A stretch of DNA of 64,000 nucleotides. Source: a virus. Lineage: Duplodnaviria; Caudoviricetes. Numbering within the stretch: the stretch's first letter is position 1; the number at the start of each line of letters is the position of its first letter. The notes beneath the pieces were generated by a model. That model saw only the letters and a list, made by a program, of their open reading frames with translations, had not been told where the DNA came from and searched no databases. A program made the position numbers and the translations under genes. Positions 31,030 through 42,350 of this stretch are shown here, piece after piece. The stretch is from positions 288,001-352,000 of the IMG/VR virus record IMGVR_UViG_3300028591_000070, one strand, 5' to 3'.

Positions 31030-31635
31030 TTAAAGCTCTGAGTAAATCTTATCTACTTCGTCAGAAGTGATTTCAGGTTCATCAGCAGTCTTTGTTGAAG
31101 CTACAGTTTCTTCAACTTCGGCGCGAGCATCAACATCAATTTCAACACCACGAATGAGTTTCGAAATGTCTTCGAAATCAATTGTTGCTACATTTACACC
31201 AGTAATTGAAGCCTTTGTTTTAATGAGTTCGGCCTGAGCAGCAAGAACTTCTTTCTTTGCGTCAATCTTGATAAGGATATTTTTGTTGTCATCTACACGC
31301 TTTGTGATTTCCTTGTATGTTTTTTCAAGTTCATCTACAGCCTGCTGATATGACAGCATAACCATTACCTTAGATTTTGCAAGGGATTCTTTTCCTTCTG
31401 CCTTCAAAGTAGAAGCTTCTTTCTTTGTCGACTTAACTTTCTTCTGGAAGTCTTCAAGACTGTCCTTAAGTGAGTTACGGCGAGCAACAAGGTCAATAAG
31501 ATTTTCTTTGTACTGGAATGCTCTTTTATCGAGCTCCTTCAAAGCATAATCAAGTTTGTCCTCAACAGAAAGCTTCTTGCTAAGAAAAACGTCCAAACTG
31601 TTCTTTTTAATTTTCAAAAAACTAAAAATTCCCAT
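31030..31635 (-). CDS. PspA/IM30 family protein
   Basis: MGIFS amphipathic start, long coiled coil, GKESLAK motif; ATG 31635 behind GGAGG. Confidence 0.75.
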   Translation of the reverse strand: MGIFSFLKIKKNSLDVFLSKKLSVEDKLDYALKELDKRAFQYKENLIDLVARRNSLKDSLEDFQKKVKSTKKEASTLKAEGKESLAKSKVMVMLSYQQAVDELEKTYKEITKRVDDNKNILIKIDAKKEVLAAQAELIKTKASITGVNVATIDFEDISKLIRGVEIDVDARAEVEETVASTKTADEPEITSDEVDKIYSEL

Positions 31636-31706
31636 TAAAATCCTCCAAATATCTATTAAATAGAATATACTATTAATAATAACATTTTTCAAAAACTAAT
31701 TAAAAT

Positions 31707-32270
31707 ATGAAAGGTTTTGATAATGACGAGAGATACTCACATTCTCCAGAAAAAATGAATATTGCCACATTGCATGATTTATTTTTAGATAATTATGCAG
31801 TCGCAGAATATTTGTGGAAACATAAAGATTTTTTAAATATTTCAAGTTGTAATAATTTAGAAGAGGCTGCGGAGCTGGGAGAAACTATGGGTTATGAAGA
31901 TGGTTTTTTACCTAGAGCTTTAGATGCAATTGATTCAGCTACAGACAGAATTTTTGACCTAACAAGCTTAGTAAATCCAAATGAAGAAATAACTTTATAT
32001 AGAGGTATTGAGTTAATGGGTGATGCTGAACCAGATGCAGACCATCCTGGAATATGCTGGACTTTTGATAAAGAAACAGCTATTAACTTTGTAAATCAAT
32101 TTGATGATGATGATCCTAATAATGCGCCTTGTATTTTAACTGGAAAAACCGCAATTTCAAATGTAGACTGGTTGGTAAGTTTACTCTTAAATGCTGACGA
32201 ACCAGATGAAAAAGAAATTCGCATTTGGGACGACAGCAAAATAGAGATAATCAATACTGAAGTTCTTTAA
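31707..32270 (+). CDS. putative ADP-ribosyltransferase-fold protein
   Basis: TLYRG ... CWTFDKETA ... DEKEI resembles the R-S-E ART signature; very acidic. Confidence 0.4.
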   Translation: MKGFDNDERYSHSPEKMNIATLHDLFLDNYAVAEYLWKHKDFLNISSCNNLEEAAELGETMGYEDGFLPRALDAIDSATDRIFDLTSLVNPNEEITLYRGIELMGDAEPDADHPGICWTFDKETAINFVNQFDDDDPNNAPCILTGKTAISNVDWLVSLLLNADEPDEKEIRIWDDSKIEIINTEVL

Positions 32271-33682
32271 GCTAATTTATATTTTGTATCTTCTTTTACA
32301 ATTTCATTAGCATAACCATTCTCAGCTAAAACTTTTGAAAGATTTGCTTGAGCATCTTTTTCACCATGTACTAAGAAGATCTTTTTAAGTTTAGATGTAT
32401 CAACTTTAGAAAGCCAATCAATAATTTCTTTATAGTCAGCATGAGCAGAAAATGCATCAATTTTATGAACTTCAGCTTTTAATTTGAAGTTTTCTCCATC
32501 AATCTCAACAGTCTCTTCTTTATCCAAAATCTTTCTACCTAAAGTTCCTTCACACATATATCCAACTAAAAGAATTGTATTATCAGGATTTTCAATTCCA
32601 TGTTTAATATGGTTGATAATACGACCAGCTTCACACATACCCTGAGCAGAAATAACAATTGCTGGTTTTTTAGACTTAGCTAATGATAAACTATCTTTAT
32701 AATTTGATATAGTTTTAAGACTTCTTACGGAGAAAGGATTTTTTCCTTTTGCCATAAAATCATTCTTAATCTTATCATTAAAACACTCACTATGAATACT
32801 AAAAACACCTGTTGCATTTACAGCCATAGGACTATCAACATAAACAGGGATTTTAGGGATTTTTCCATCAGCCATAAGGTTTTTAATAAAGTAAATAATT
32901 TCTTGAGCACGTTCTACTGCAAAAGATGGAATTAAAACTTTTCCACCTCTCTCAATAGTACGGTTGATTATATACTGTAACTCATTATAAACTTTATCCA
33001 TTGACTCATGGGTCTTATTTCCATAAGTGGATTCCAAGAAAATATATTTTGGAGCAGGCATATCAGTTGCTGGTGGATTTACGAGTGGATTAGACTCGCG
33101 TCCAATATCTCCAGTATACAAAATATGAACTTCTTCTTTTTTAAGAAATTTCTTTTTTGTAAACTGCAAATCTGCCATTGCTGAACCTAAAATATGGCCT
33201 GCATTGTAAAATGTTACTTTAAGATTATCATCAATTATTTTGTGTTTTCCATACATAAAACAACTAAAATGATTCATTGCTTCAAGACAATCTTTTTCCT
33301 CATAAGCAGGCTCACCTTTTTCATGAGCTTGAATTTTAGCTGAGTCCATCAAAATAACAGATGTTAAATCTCTAGTAGCTGGTGTAGAATATATTTTTCC
33401 AGCATATCCTTCTTTTACCAAACGAGGTAATAATCCACTATGATCATAATGAGCATGCGTAAGGATTACTGCATCAGGTCGAACTAATTCTGACTCGCGA
33501 TTTCTTTTTTCTGGGTCTTTTCCACCTTGAAAAGCACCACAGTCAATTTCATAGATTTTATTATTAAATTCTATATAGTGTTTAGAGCCTGTAACTTCTT
33601 CTACGGCTCCTTTCGAATAAGCTATAATATCTTTTTTCAATTGAGCTCCTCTATAAGTTGTAGTTTTTTTCTCAAGAGGCAC
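32267..33682 (-). CDS. MBL-fold beta-CASP RNase
   Basis: VTGS, DCG, THAHYDHSG, AGHILGS, YTGD, ESTYG, PSFAVERAQE, FSAHAD. Confidence 0.92.
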   Translation of the reverse strand: MPLEKKTTTYRGAQLKKDIIAYSKGAVEEVTGSKHYIEFNNKIYEIDCGAFQGGKDPEKRNRESELVRPDAVILTHAHYDHSGLLPRLVKEGYAGKIYSTPATRDLTSVILMDSAKIQAHEKGEPAYEEKDCLEAMNHFSCFMYGKHKIIDDNLKVTFYNAGHILGSAMADLQFTKKKFLKKEEVHILYTGDIGRESNPLVNPPATDMPAPKYIFLESTYGNKTHESMDKVYNELQYIINRTIERGGKVLIPSFAVERAQEIIYFIKNLMADGKIPKIPVYVDSPMAVNATGVFSIHSECFNDKIKNDFMAKGKNPFSVRSLKTISNYKDSLSLAKSKKPAIVISAQGMCEAGRIINHIKHGIENPDNTILLVGYMCEGTLGRKILDKEETVEIDGENFKLKAEVHKIDAFSAHADYKEIIDWLSKVDTSKLKKIFLVHGEKDAQANLSKVLAENGYANEIVKEDTKYKLA

Positions 33683-34134
33683 TCTTTAATCTGATTAAAT
33701 ACTAAACGAGCTTGTTTTAAAACATCATCTTTATTTTTCTCGCCATGTAAAAAGGCTCTTGAGTAAATTGGTTCTTCATTAGTCTCATTAATATAGCAAA
33801 GAACTACTATCATATTAACTGACATTTCTATCAGAAAAACATGCCCAGCTTTATAGTGCTTAAAAGCTAGGACTTTACCAGCATCGATTAAATCAGACAC
33901 AGGTTATTTAGTTGAACATTTTAGGACATTACTTTTCTTATGGTAAAAAATAAAAGGGGTGTTATAAGCACCCCTTTCAAAATTAACAACCTAAATCACA
34001 ATCTTTTCTAATAATTTCCTGAACAGAATTGATAATATCATTTTCTGTTTCTTCATTATAAACTGAAGATAAAAGTCCCTGTTCATATAAATATTTAAGG
34101 ACATCTTTGGCCGCTGCTCTACTCATTGGTTCCA

Positions 34135-35370
34135 TTAGTTAATCTCCTGTGGTGGTGGATTTGTAGCAAACATATCTGCATAATGTAGATACCATTGTAA
34201 ATCGAAAATTGGCATAGACCATTTCTTACCAGAAATTCTGTCATAATTCCACTGTCCTGCATGAGTTTCTACAAGACTTGCAACTTTATGCCAGAAAGAA
34301 GGTCGTACTGTTTTATCAGCAAACTCATCTAGAATTTCTTTTCCAACAAGTGGATGGTCACTATTTGTATGAGCATCACATTCATGATACTTCCAAAGGT
34401 CGTGCAAAATTGCTCCAATCAAAAGAGCATCTTTATCTTCATTATTAAGCTGTCTAATTTCGCAAAGCTGTGCAGCATAAAAATAAACTCTCTTAGAATG
34501 GTTTACAAGACCACCAAACTTTTCACCTTTGCATTCTTCTTTCAAAAGGTCAATAGACTCTTTTCCAGTCTTATGATACTTTCCACTTGAAGAAGCAGGA
34601 CCTGTAAAGAATCTCTCAATTGTTCTTTTATCTTGAGCTGCAACAAGTTTCTTAAGCTCATCTGCATAACCTGTAAGATCAGCTTTATAGAAACGATTTT
34701 TTCCATATCCGCCAACTCCAAGTTCATCCTTAAATGTTTCAATAAACTTATTAGCGAGTTCTTCACCTGCTAAAGAAGGACCTGTTTCAGCTGGAGTTTC
34801 TTCAGTTTTTTCTTCCGAAGTTGGATTTGAAAGAACATATGAAGGTGAATGCTGCTCGATTGCATTTCTCAATGCATCATATGAAGGTTTTGTGTCCAAG
34901 TCGTTAGCTGAAACATAATATGTTCCTTTTGTGTAAAGAGACTCCTTAAGAATTTTTGCTCCAGGTTTTACAGTTTCCAAAAAGTCTTTTGTAGGCATTG
35001 TCAAAACTGTAGCATTGCTAAAGTCCCACTTATCATTTTTGCTATCATAAGCTTTTTGATCTACATGATAGAAAAGAATAATATCTGTTTCAATCTCTTT
35101 AAGATACTGGTCAATTGTCTTGTTGACAGAACTAACGGTGTAAGATGTACCAGATTTAGAATATCCAGATTTTACTTCTACTTTAATAACTGCATCATCT
35201 TCACAAGTAATAAAAATATCACCCTGCTGATGGTTGTTCTTCAATAAATTACTTGGATTTTTCTCAACTTTCTTAATCTTATATTTTGTAAGATAGTTTT
35301 TATTCAAATAATCTACAAGATAGTCTTCTCCATTTGTTCCAAGACTAAGATTTTTTGCTGGAATTGCCAT
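34135..35370 (-). CDS. PD-(D/E)XK-like nuclease domain fused to HD domain
   Basis: N-terminal GE...GD...VEVKS; C-terminal PASSSGKYH, GGLVNH, ILHDLWK, HAGQW, LHYAD. Confidence 0.7.
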   Translation of the reverse strand: MAIPAKNLSLGTNGEDYLVDYLNKNYLTKYKIKKVEKNPSNLLKNNHQQGDIFITCEDDAVIKVEVKSGYSKSGTSYTVSSVNKTIDQYLKEIETDIILFYHVDQKAYDSKNDKWDFSNATVLTMPTKDFLETVKPGAKILKESLYTKGTYYVSANDLDTKPSYDALRNAIEQHSPSYVLSNPTSEEKTEETPAETGPSLAGEELANKFIETFKDELGVGGYGKNRFYKADLTGYADELKKLVAAQDKRTIERFFTGPASSSGKYHKTGKESIDLLKEECKGEKFGGLVNHSKRVYFYAAQLCEIRQLNNEDKDALLIGAILHDLWKYHECDAHTNSDHPLVGKEILDEFADKTVRPSFWHKVASLVETHAGQWNYDRISGKKWSMPIFDLQWYLHYADMFATNPPPQEIN

Positions 35371-35393
35371 CTAATTTCTCCTATAGTAAAATA

Positions 35394-36071
35394 TTAACAC
35401 TTTTTTGCTATCTCTTCAAAAGAAAGAATTTTATGATTATAATCCCAACAAACATCAATATAGTCAAGTGGGTCAACAAGCTTTCCATAAGAAGATTTAA
35501 CTGATGTATCAATATCTAAGTTTTTCTGTTTTGTAAGCATATATTTTTTAACAATTTCCATCATTGCCCAGTTTTTGCAATCTCTGTTAAAATAGTTTGC
35601 ATCTACTGGAAATTGATGAGTATGCCCATGAACATTATAAAAATTTGTACCAGGCCTTAAATAAACCGGTTCATGGCTAAAAATATATTTTCCCTCATAA
35701 ATAAAAGGATATTCAAAAACTTTTTCAAATCCTAATGCTGTAAAAAAGTCAATAGGATTATCATAATTATGTCCTGAATGATATGGCATTGTATCTCTGT
35801 CATGATTACCTAGAACAAGCCAAAGATGCTTATCATTCTCTCTCATTCTGTCAATATAAGTTTTTAATTCTTGGAATGAAACATTATCATTCATACAGAT
35901 ATCGCCCAAATTAAGAATAGTTGAACCTCTTGGTAATTCATCAAAAGGTTTAAGCAAATCTTCATTCATTTGTTTAAGACCTTCTTCAGTAGGCTCATAA
36001 GGACGATTAGAATAATAAATTAAATTTTTATGACTGAAGTGGGTGTCAGATGTGATAAAAAAATTTTCCAT
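35394..36071 (-). CDS. calcineurin-like metallophosphoesterase
   Basis: SDTHFSH, LGD, LGNHD, SHEP, HGHTH. Confidence 0.9.
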   Translation of the reverse strand: MENFFITSDTHFSHKNLIYYSNRPYEPTEEGLKQMNEDLLKPFDELPRGSTILNLGDICMNDNVSFQELKTYIDRMRENDKHLWLVLGNHDRDTMPYHSGHNYDNPIDFFTALGFEKVFEYPFIYEGKYIFSHEPVYLRPGTNFYNVHGHTHQFPVDANYFNRDCKNWAMMEIVKKYMLTKQKNLDIDTSVKSSYGKLVDPLDYIDVCWDYNHKILSFEEIAKKC

Positions 36072-36258
36072 TTACTTCTCCGTTGGCCATGACTCAGGTG
36101 GGATTATAACTCTAGCATGGCAAGCTGGACATTTTATATAAAAATAATAATTGTTTTCTTTTGAGATTCGACCTTCAAGCTGGAGATCTTCTGCTCCAGC
36201 TTCTAGAAGTCTTTTACAAACTGAACACCTCACCCTAATGGATGAGGCTAGTTTTTCA

Positions 36259-36936
36259 TTAGTCGACATTTTCCTGCTCGTTCTGAACCAGACCCATAGC
36301 ATTCTCGAGCATTTCAAGACGAAGGAACTTTTCCTGAACTTCATCGTCAATATTTTTCTTGCTCTTTACCTTGTCATAGAGTCCAAGAACATATCCATAA
36401 TCCGAAGCTTTTGTAAATTTAAGCTCATCAGACTTTGGAGCATGATTTTCCTTAAGAAGCTTGTCATCATCAAACTTAATCTGCTGATAAGCATTCATTG
36501 AAGTAATTGCTTCTCCAACTTCAGTTGAAGCTGTTGCATCAACATCTTTTACATCAACTGTAAGGTGAATGCCATAACCTTCAAGAGCTGAAATATAAGG
36601 TGTGAGCCAATCTGTCTTGCCAATCTCATTTAGAGTTTTAACAGTATCGCGAAGCTTCATAAAAAGCTGTGAAGTCTTATCCTTAATTTCTGCATCCGAG
36701 TCCAGGTCAAATGGGTTATCATTCTTCCATCCTTTACCTTTTGTAAATGCAATATCGCGTGCACCTGCAAGAATTTTTTTATTTACGCCATAAGTTTTTG
36801 CTGTATCTGCAAGCATCATATTCATAGTCTTTACTGCCTGCTTTTTTTCAGATACAACATCCAAAGAAAGGTTTAACAATTCCTGAGCTGTCTTTACATT
36901 TTCGAGCTCATCTTCATTTTTCTTGTGAATAGCCAT
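36259..36936 (-). CDS. hypothetical protein
   Basis: 225-aa ORF with AGGAGG SD and GTTAATAT promoter motif. Confidence 0.7.
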   Translation of the reverse strand: MAIHKKNEDELENVKTAQELLNLSLDVVSEKKQAVKTMNMMLADTAKTYGVNKKILAGARDIAFTKGKGWKNDNPFDLDSDAEIKDKTSQLFMKLRDTVKTLNEIGKTDWLTPYISALEGYGIHLTVDVKDVDATASTEVGEAITSMNAYQQIKFDDDKLLKENHAPKSDELKFTKASDYGYVLGLYDKVKSKKNIDDEVQEKFLRLEMLENAMGLVQNEQENVD

Positions 36937-36961
36937 TCCGGCCTCCTATATTATTTTTTAA

Positions 36962-37540
36962 TTATATTAACAGATTTATAGCTCTTTTAACATCTTCTTC
37001 AGTTAAACCTATAATTGGATTGGTTTGAATAAAATGCTCACCAAATAAAAAGAGGTCAACATCACTATCATCAAAGATTACAAACTTTTTAATTTCTGGA
37101 TGACGCTTAAGATAACAATCTATTTGAAGTCCTCTATCAAATAATTTTTCAACCTTAAATGGCTCTGGATTTTCAGAGCTAAACCATTCCAAATATTTTT
37201 CGGTATATTCATCATCAGACTCATAAGCAATTTTGTCTCTAATAATAATACCATTTTTCTTCAATTCTTTTTTAAGTGGCTTTGCCAAAAACTTTGCATC
37301 TTTTCTTTTACTGAAATAAAAATTTCTCCAAGAAGAACTCATTACTATTTTACAATTTGTTGCTTTTTTAATTTTACCCAAAAGCGCACAAGCTCTTGGG
37401 TCATGCATTACACCTTGCTCTCCTCTCGAAAGTAAAAGTCTATCATGATATTTTGATGTGAAAAAATTATCTGAGTTTAATACTCCATCTATATCCAAGA
37501 AAATAACTTTAGATGGGTCTTCTTTTAGATGTTTTTTCAT
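36962..37540 (-). CDS. HAD-superfamily protein (RNA-repair-associated HAD type)
   Basis: FLDIDGVLN, IVMSSSWR, RG.QI, FVIFDD, GLT. Confidence 0.85.
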   Translation of the reverse strand: MKKHLKEDPSKVIFLDIDGVLNSDNFFTSKYHDRLLLSRGEQGVMHDPRACALLGKIKKATNCKIVMSSSWRNFYFSKRKDAKFLAKPLKKELKKNGIIIRDKIAYESDDEYTEKYLEWFSSENPEPFKVEKLFDRGLQIDCYLKRHPEIKKFVIFDDSDVDLFLFGEHFIQTNPIIGLTEEDVKRAINLLI

Positions 37541-38323
37541 TATTTAATCCAAGTATGATTTTCAAAATCTAGTTCATAATGTCTTTCATCTTCAAAATAA
37601 TCACAAAATTCATGTGGTAAAAGTTCACCATTAAGCCATTTTTTAGTAAGTGTTTTGTCCTCATGCCATTTACCATTTAGAACGACCATACATTTTGGAT
37701 TTAAGTCTTTAATTAGAGTATGATTATTTGCTGTAGAATAACTATCACAGCTCCATTTTTCTAAATCAAGATTGGTAACCTCAATTTTAATCGCATTACC
37801 TAATTCAAAATCTCTAGCATAAGCTCCGCATATTAAGCGATAATCTGAAACTTTATCATTAGGATTAGTACATCCATTTAATATATATCTAATCTTTTTC
37901 ATAAGTTTTAAAATTAACAGAGGTAGCCTTAAGGCTACCTCTTTTACAAAGTTTTTACTTTGTTGTTTCTTCTTCATCTTCCTTTACTTTAGGAGGACGA
38001 CCAACCATCAAAGAGTGTGAAAAACCACCACGAGCAGAACGAGCATTATGAATCATTGTGTTCAATGTTTCAACTGTCTGATTTGGAAGAATTTCATCCT
38101 TAACTCTTGCAGCATACTCTTTAGAAATGCCGTGTCCAGTAAAAGTATCAACACTCTTACGAATCATTTCAATTGTAGAATTAAAATTTGAATTATTAAC
38201 TCTACCCAATGAACGAAGGATGTCTCTAAATGTAAATGATGTATTCATACCTATCTATTACCTCTTTATAGATTATACTTAATAATATAATAAAAATTCA
38301 AGAAAAGTTCAACTAATTTTTTT

Positions 38324-38491
38324 ATGTTGGGGAAAATTGTTCTATTTCAAAATGAATACTACATCTTAAGAGATGCTAATACCTATGGTCCTTATTATTC
38401 ATTGGCTGAGGCCGAGTTTCACAGAAACCACCCAGAAATATCAAAGCTTACAAAAATCAAAGAATATAAATTTATAAAAAACTTTGATTAA
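38324..38491 (+). CDS. small ORF not in the ORF track (about 55 aa)
   Basis: ATG 6 nt after ACTAAT motif; followed by terminator-like hairpin aaggacctt/aaggtcctt. Confidence 0.5.
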   Translation: MLGKIVLFQNEYYILRDANTYGPYYSLAEAEFHRNHPEISKLTKIKEYKFIKNFD

Positions 38492-39179
38492 AAAAGGACC
38501 TTAAAAATAAGGTCCTTTCAAAATTAATCTTCTTCAAAGCAGACAATAGCATAGTCTGTAACAAATTTAAGTTTTATCCATTTCTTTTTTCTATTGATAT
38601 ATCCTAAAACAGTGATGTCATAATCAACTTTTTCGTTCTGGTATATACCAATTGCAAGATTATCTGGTAAAAACTCAGCTTCTATAGTGTCTACATCTTG
38701 CCATCCAACCTGACTATGATTTGTTTTAAAAGTCGAACTACATATAAGTGATGTAACTTCTCCTCTGCAATATTTTTCATACAAGTTGTCTGAAGCTTTT
38801 GCTATCACGATATCCAAAGGATCATCTTTTGCTACTGCAAGATAATTTTCTGTTGACCTTTGAATAAATAAAACTACCTGTTTAAATAATTCTTCTTCAT
38901 TTTCAAAATGAATTGTTTCACAATCATTTAATGAGGTTTGTTCCAATTTTAATTCAACTTCACCTAAATAGCTACCTTCGAAGTCATCATCATTATTACT
39001 ATAAATAGATGGTGGTTCTGGATCTTCACTTCTATCTGAAACCTTTGTTTTTATAAAATTTACATTCTCTGTATCTGTATCAATAAACTTTACAAGTTTG
39101 TCTAAAATACTATTATCTAGCTTTCTAGGAAATAGAGGTTTATCTTTTTTGTGTTTTGTAATAATGCTCACTCAAGTAG

Positions 39180-39920
39180 TTACTCCTCTGTGGCCATAAG
39201 AGCCTTTTCTCTATCCTCAGCAGCTTTCTTTTCAGCCTTCAATTTTTCAGTACGTTTATTATTTGCAGACTTAATTTTCTCTTCAACCTTAAAGTTATCT
39301 TCAAAGCTCTGTTTAAGTTCACCACCATCTAGAGTATCTTTGTCATAAACACACTCAAGAGAAACCAATTCCTGAGCATTATAAGGATAACCATCTGGAC
39401 ATTTGTTCATATGATACTCAACTTCATATAAATACATATCTGAGTCATTAAATGGCCAAATAGGCTTTAGTGTAGGCTTTCTATCTCTAACATCTTCAAT
39501 ATAAGCGGAGTTATCCCATTCTAGAGTATATTCTCCTGGAATTTTAGTAATAGCATCCTTAAATGTAATCTTATAGAGAATGCCCTTACTATTCATAAAG
39601 TGCAAAATAACAGTAGCATCATATCCTAAAGATTTTCCTGTAAGCTTTGCAGATTTGAAATTACTGATGTTTTCAATAACAAGAGGCTCGATAAAAGTAA
39701 TTGACATTGTGTTAGCATGACTATCAAATGGTACTTTTGTAAATACCTGAATAGATGAACCAGTACTCTTAATTCCTTTGTCAAGAGTAGACTGGCTAGT
39801 ATTCAAAGTTACCATAATGTTATCATCTGTCAACTCACCAAAACTAAATGATTTGGACTCAGCAAAAACTGAGCCCATTACTGCAAAAATTATTGCAAAT
39901 AAAAAAATTCTCTTCTTCAT
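39180..39920 (-). CDS. spirochete flagellar filament sheath protein FlaA-like
   Basis: SPase I signal (VFA|ES); LEWDNSAYIEDVRDRKPTLKPIWP, VYDK..LD and terminal ATE resemble Treponema FlaA motifs as recalled. Confidence 0.7.
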   Translation of the reverse strand: MKKRIFLFAIIFAVMGSVFAESKSFSFGELTDDNIMVTLNTSQSTLDKGIKSTGSSIQVFTKVPFDSHANTMSITFIEPLVIENISNFKSAKLTGKSLGYDATVILHFMNSKGILYKITFKDAITKIPGEYTLEWDNSAYIEDVRDRKPTLKPIWPFNDSDMYLYEVEYHMNKCPDGYPYNAQELVSLECVYDKDTLDGGELKQSFEDNFKVEEKIKSANNKRTEKLKAEKKAAEDREKALMATEE

Positions 39921-40588
39921 AAAGATAATATTAACAATTATCCTTCTTCTTTTTCTGAGCAGCAGTCGCAGTCACATTTATAGATTGGCTGCTTTTCTAA
40001 AACATCTGCACTTAAAAGATTTTCTTCTCCATTTGAAGATGTAGAGATTTCACTGTAAGAAGGGAGTACGATTAGTAAGTTTTTATAAGTAAGGCGTGCT
40101 TCTTTTACATTCTTATTTTCATTCAAAAGCTTTTCTACTTTATTAAAGTATTTAACAACCTCATCACTTGTTTTTAATAAATTTGTTAATTCTTCTGAGA
40201 AAACAACTTCTATTGAGATAGATGATTTCATGTAAAATAGATAATCTTCATCTAATTTTGGAGTTAAATTATCAGCGATATCAAAAGTTGATTCATTTGG
40301 TTTAAGGCCTGTAGAAGATTCACTTACGCCATTATCTTTTACAAAAACTTTATACCATCCATCATTTATTGTCTCAATAATTTTTGGAAAAAGCTCTACT
40401 AATTTTTTACCTGTTAAAGTTTCAAGGTCTTCATTTGCAAAAGAACCCACAACTCCAGATTTTTCGCCTGTTCCAAAAATAACATTGGTAACAAAGTTCT
40501 TATACTTTTCTTTATAGCTTTCAATAAGGTCGTGGTCCTTTTCAATCATACTTGGTAATCTTAATGCCATTTTATTTATCTCCTTCTA

Positions 40589-41599
40589 TTAGTCGTATTC
40601 TTTAATAATATTTAATTCAATCTTATCAATCCAATGCAATTTTCTAGGCTTAGTTCCATCTGAATAATGGAAAACAGATGTTGGATAATAAGTTCCTGTT
40701 TTAACCAATCCCATTGGGAATAAAATGTCTGCCTCATCACCTGATATTTTTTCATCAAATGCGAATGTATTATCAGAATAAGTTCTCTCACCTGTGTAGT
40801 GATATTCTCTAGAATAACTATCACCATAAGCTTTTAAATACATTCCAACATTTACTGTAAGAGTTCTTGTGGCTTCATCATATTTTGTACTATAAGCTTC
40901 ATAAGGAAGATCTTCTTTTTCAAAATAGTCATTCAACTGTTTATTATAAGTGAGTGACTGATAATAATCTTGATATGGTCCAATAATGTCATCTTTAATA
41001 CTACGCTCAAAGCCAACACTTTCATCTAGAGAATTAGACCCAGAAACTTGTGATTTTACCTCTTCAAAAAGATCATATAACTCATCATAAGAGTCGTATA
41101 ATTCGGCTGCTAAATCTTCACCTTCTTTTGATACCAAAGACTGAATAGCAAAAGCATTTAATTCTGCAGGACTTCTGAGATAATCAATATCATCAATATC
41201 TGACTCATGTGATTCATCTGTTCCGAGTTTATCCATACGAGCTAAGTGAGTAGCCTCATGCCAAATAAATGGTTCGGCAACTTCAAACATTTTTTTAAGA
41301 TTTTTAAGGGATTTCCAGAATACTGGACAGAAATAAACAATAATAGCTGTATCATAGCTATTATCAATATGATGTAATTTTGCTCTTGCAATAGTGTCCA
41401 TATCTAAGTTTGGGTCTGCAATTAAAACTACTTTTCTACTAGGATTTGTACAACTTTTAGATTTGCTGAATAAATCAGCAATAAAATCCTCATGCCCTTC
41501 CAAAGATTTAATATAATAATCTCTTATATCATATAACTCTTTTAGATATTCTTCAGCATAAGGAGCAACTTCATTTTTAGTTAAAAACTCATTACTCAT
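40589..41599 (-). CDS. zincin-like HExxH protein, probable virion-internal
   Basis: WHEATH and YLRSPAELNAF; ACTAAT leaderless start. Confidence 0.55.
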   Translation of the reverse strand: MSNEFLTKNEVAPYAEEYLKELYDIRDYYIKSLEGHEDFIADLFSKSKSCTNPSRKVVLIADPNLDMDTIARAKLHHIDNSYDTAIIVYFCPVFWKSLKNLKKMFEVAEPFIWHEATHLARMDKLGTDESHESDIDDIDYLRSPAELNAFAIQSLVSKEGEDLAAELYDSYDELYDLFEEVKSQVSGSNSLDESVGFERSIKDDIIGPYQDYYQSLTYNKQLNDYFEKEDLPYEAYSTKYDEATRTLTVNVGMYLKAYGDSYSREYHYTGERTYSDNTFAFDEKISGDEADILFPMGLVKTGTYYPTSVFHYSDGTKPRKLHWIDKIELNIIKEYD

Positions 41600-42350
41600 A
41601 AAGTAATTAGTAATTTTATTTATTATCCTTATACTTCAAAAGACTTTCAGCCCATTTATGGAAAAATGCATAAGCTTGATTATTTTTTAATAGTTCTTTA
41701 TGCCTTTTTTGAGATACTTCTTCAGCTGATAAATGCGATTCTTCTGGAAATTTATATATCAAATACTCAGAAATTGGCAAAGGCAAACAAATCATTTTTC
41801 TTCTCCATGTAATAAAGCGTGCATTTGCCTACCATAAACCCACTGATAAGCTAAATACATTGCTATATCACACTCTAGCTTCTGTTCTTCAGTGTCAGCA
41901 CCAGTATAAAAAGTCTGTTCGGCTCCCATAGCTTCTCTCAATATTTCTCTTTGCATAGAAATATCTATAATATTTTTCTCGACAAAATAAGCAAGAATTT
42001 TTTCACGAGTGTTGAAATATTTTCTATCAGTTTCACCATCTACAACTAATGGAACAGCAATCATTTTTGGGCTTTTATTAAGCTCTTCAATAGCCTTAAT
42101 CGCATCTTCTATAGCTTGTTGACTATTTGCATCTTCAATTGCAATTATTCCGAGTTCGTCAATTTTATTCTGTAATTCTTCTTTTGTCATTTTTCTATCT
42201 CCACCTCAAACCCATCAATCATCATTTGGTCTAAAGCATCTGCTAAAAATTTTGGACTAATAATTGGCTTATCATAGTCCTCATCCTGTTTACATAAATG
42301 AAATTTTATACAATTGATGATTTTTATTGTAAGTTGTTTTTCATTAGTCA

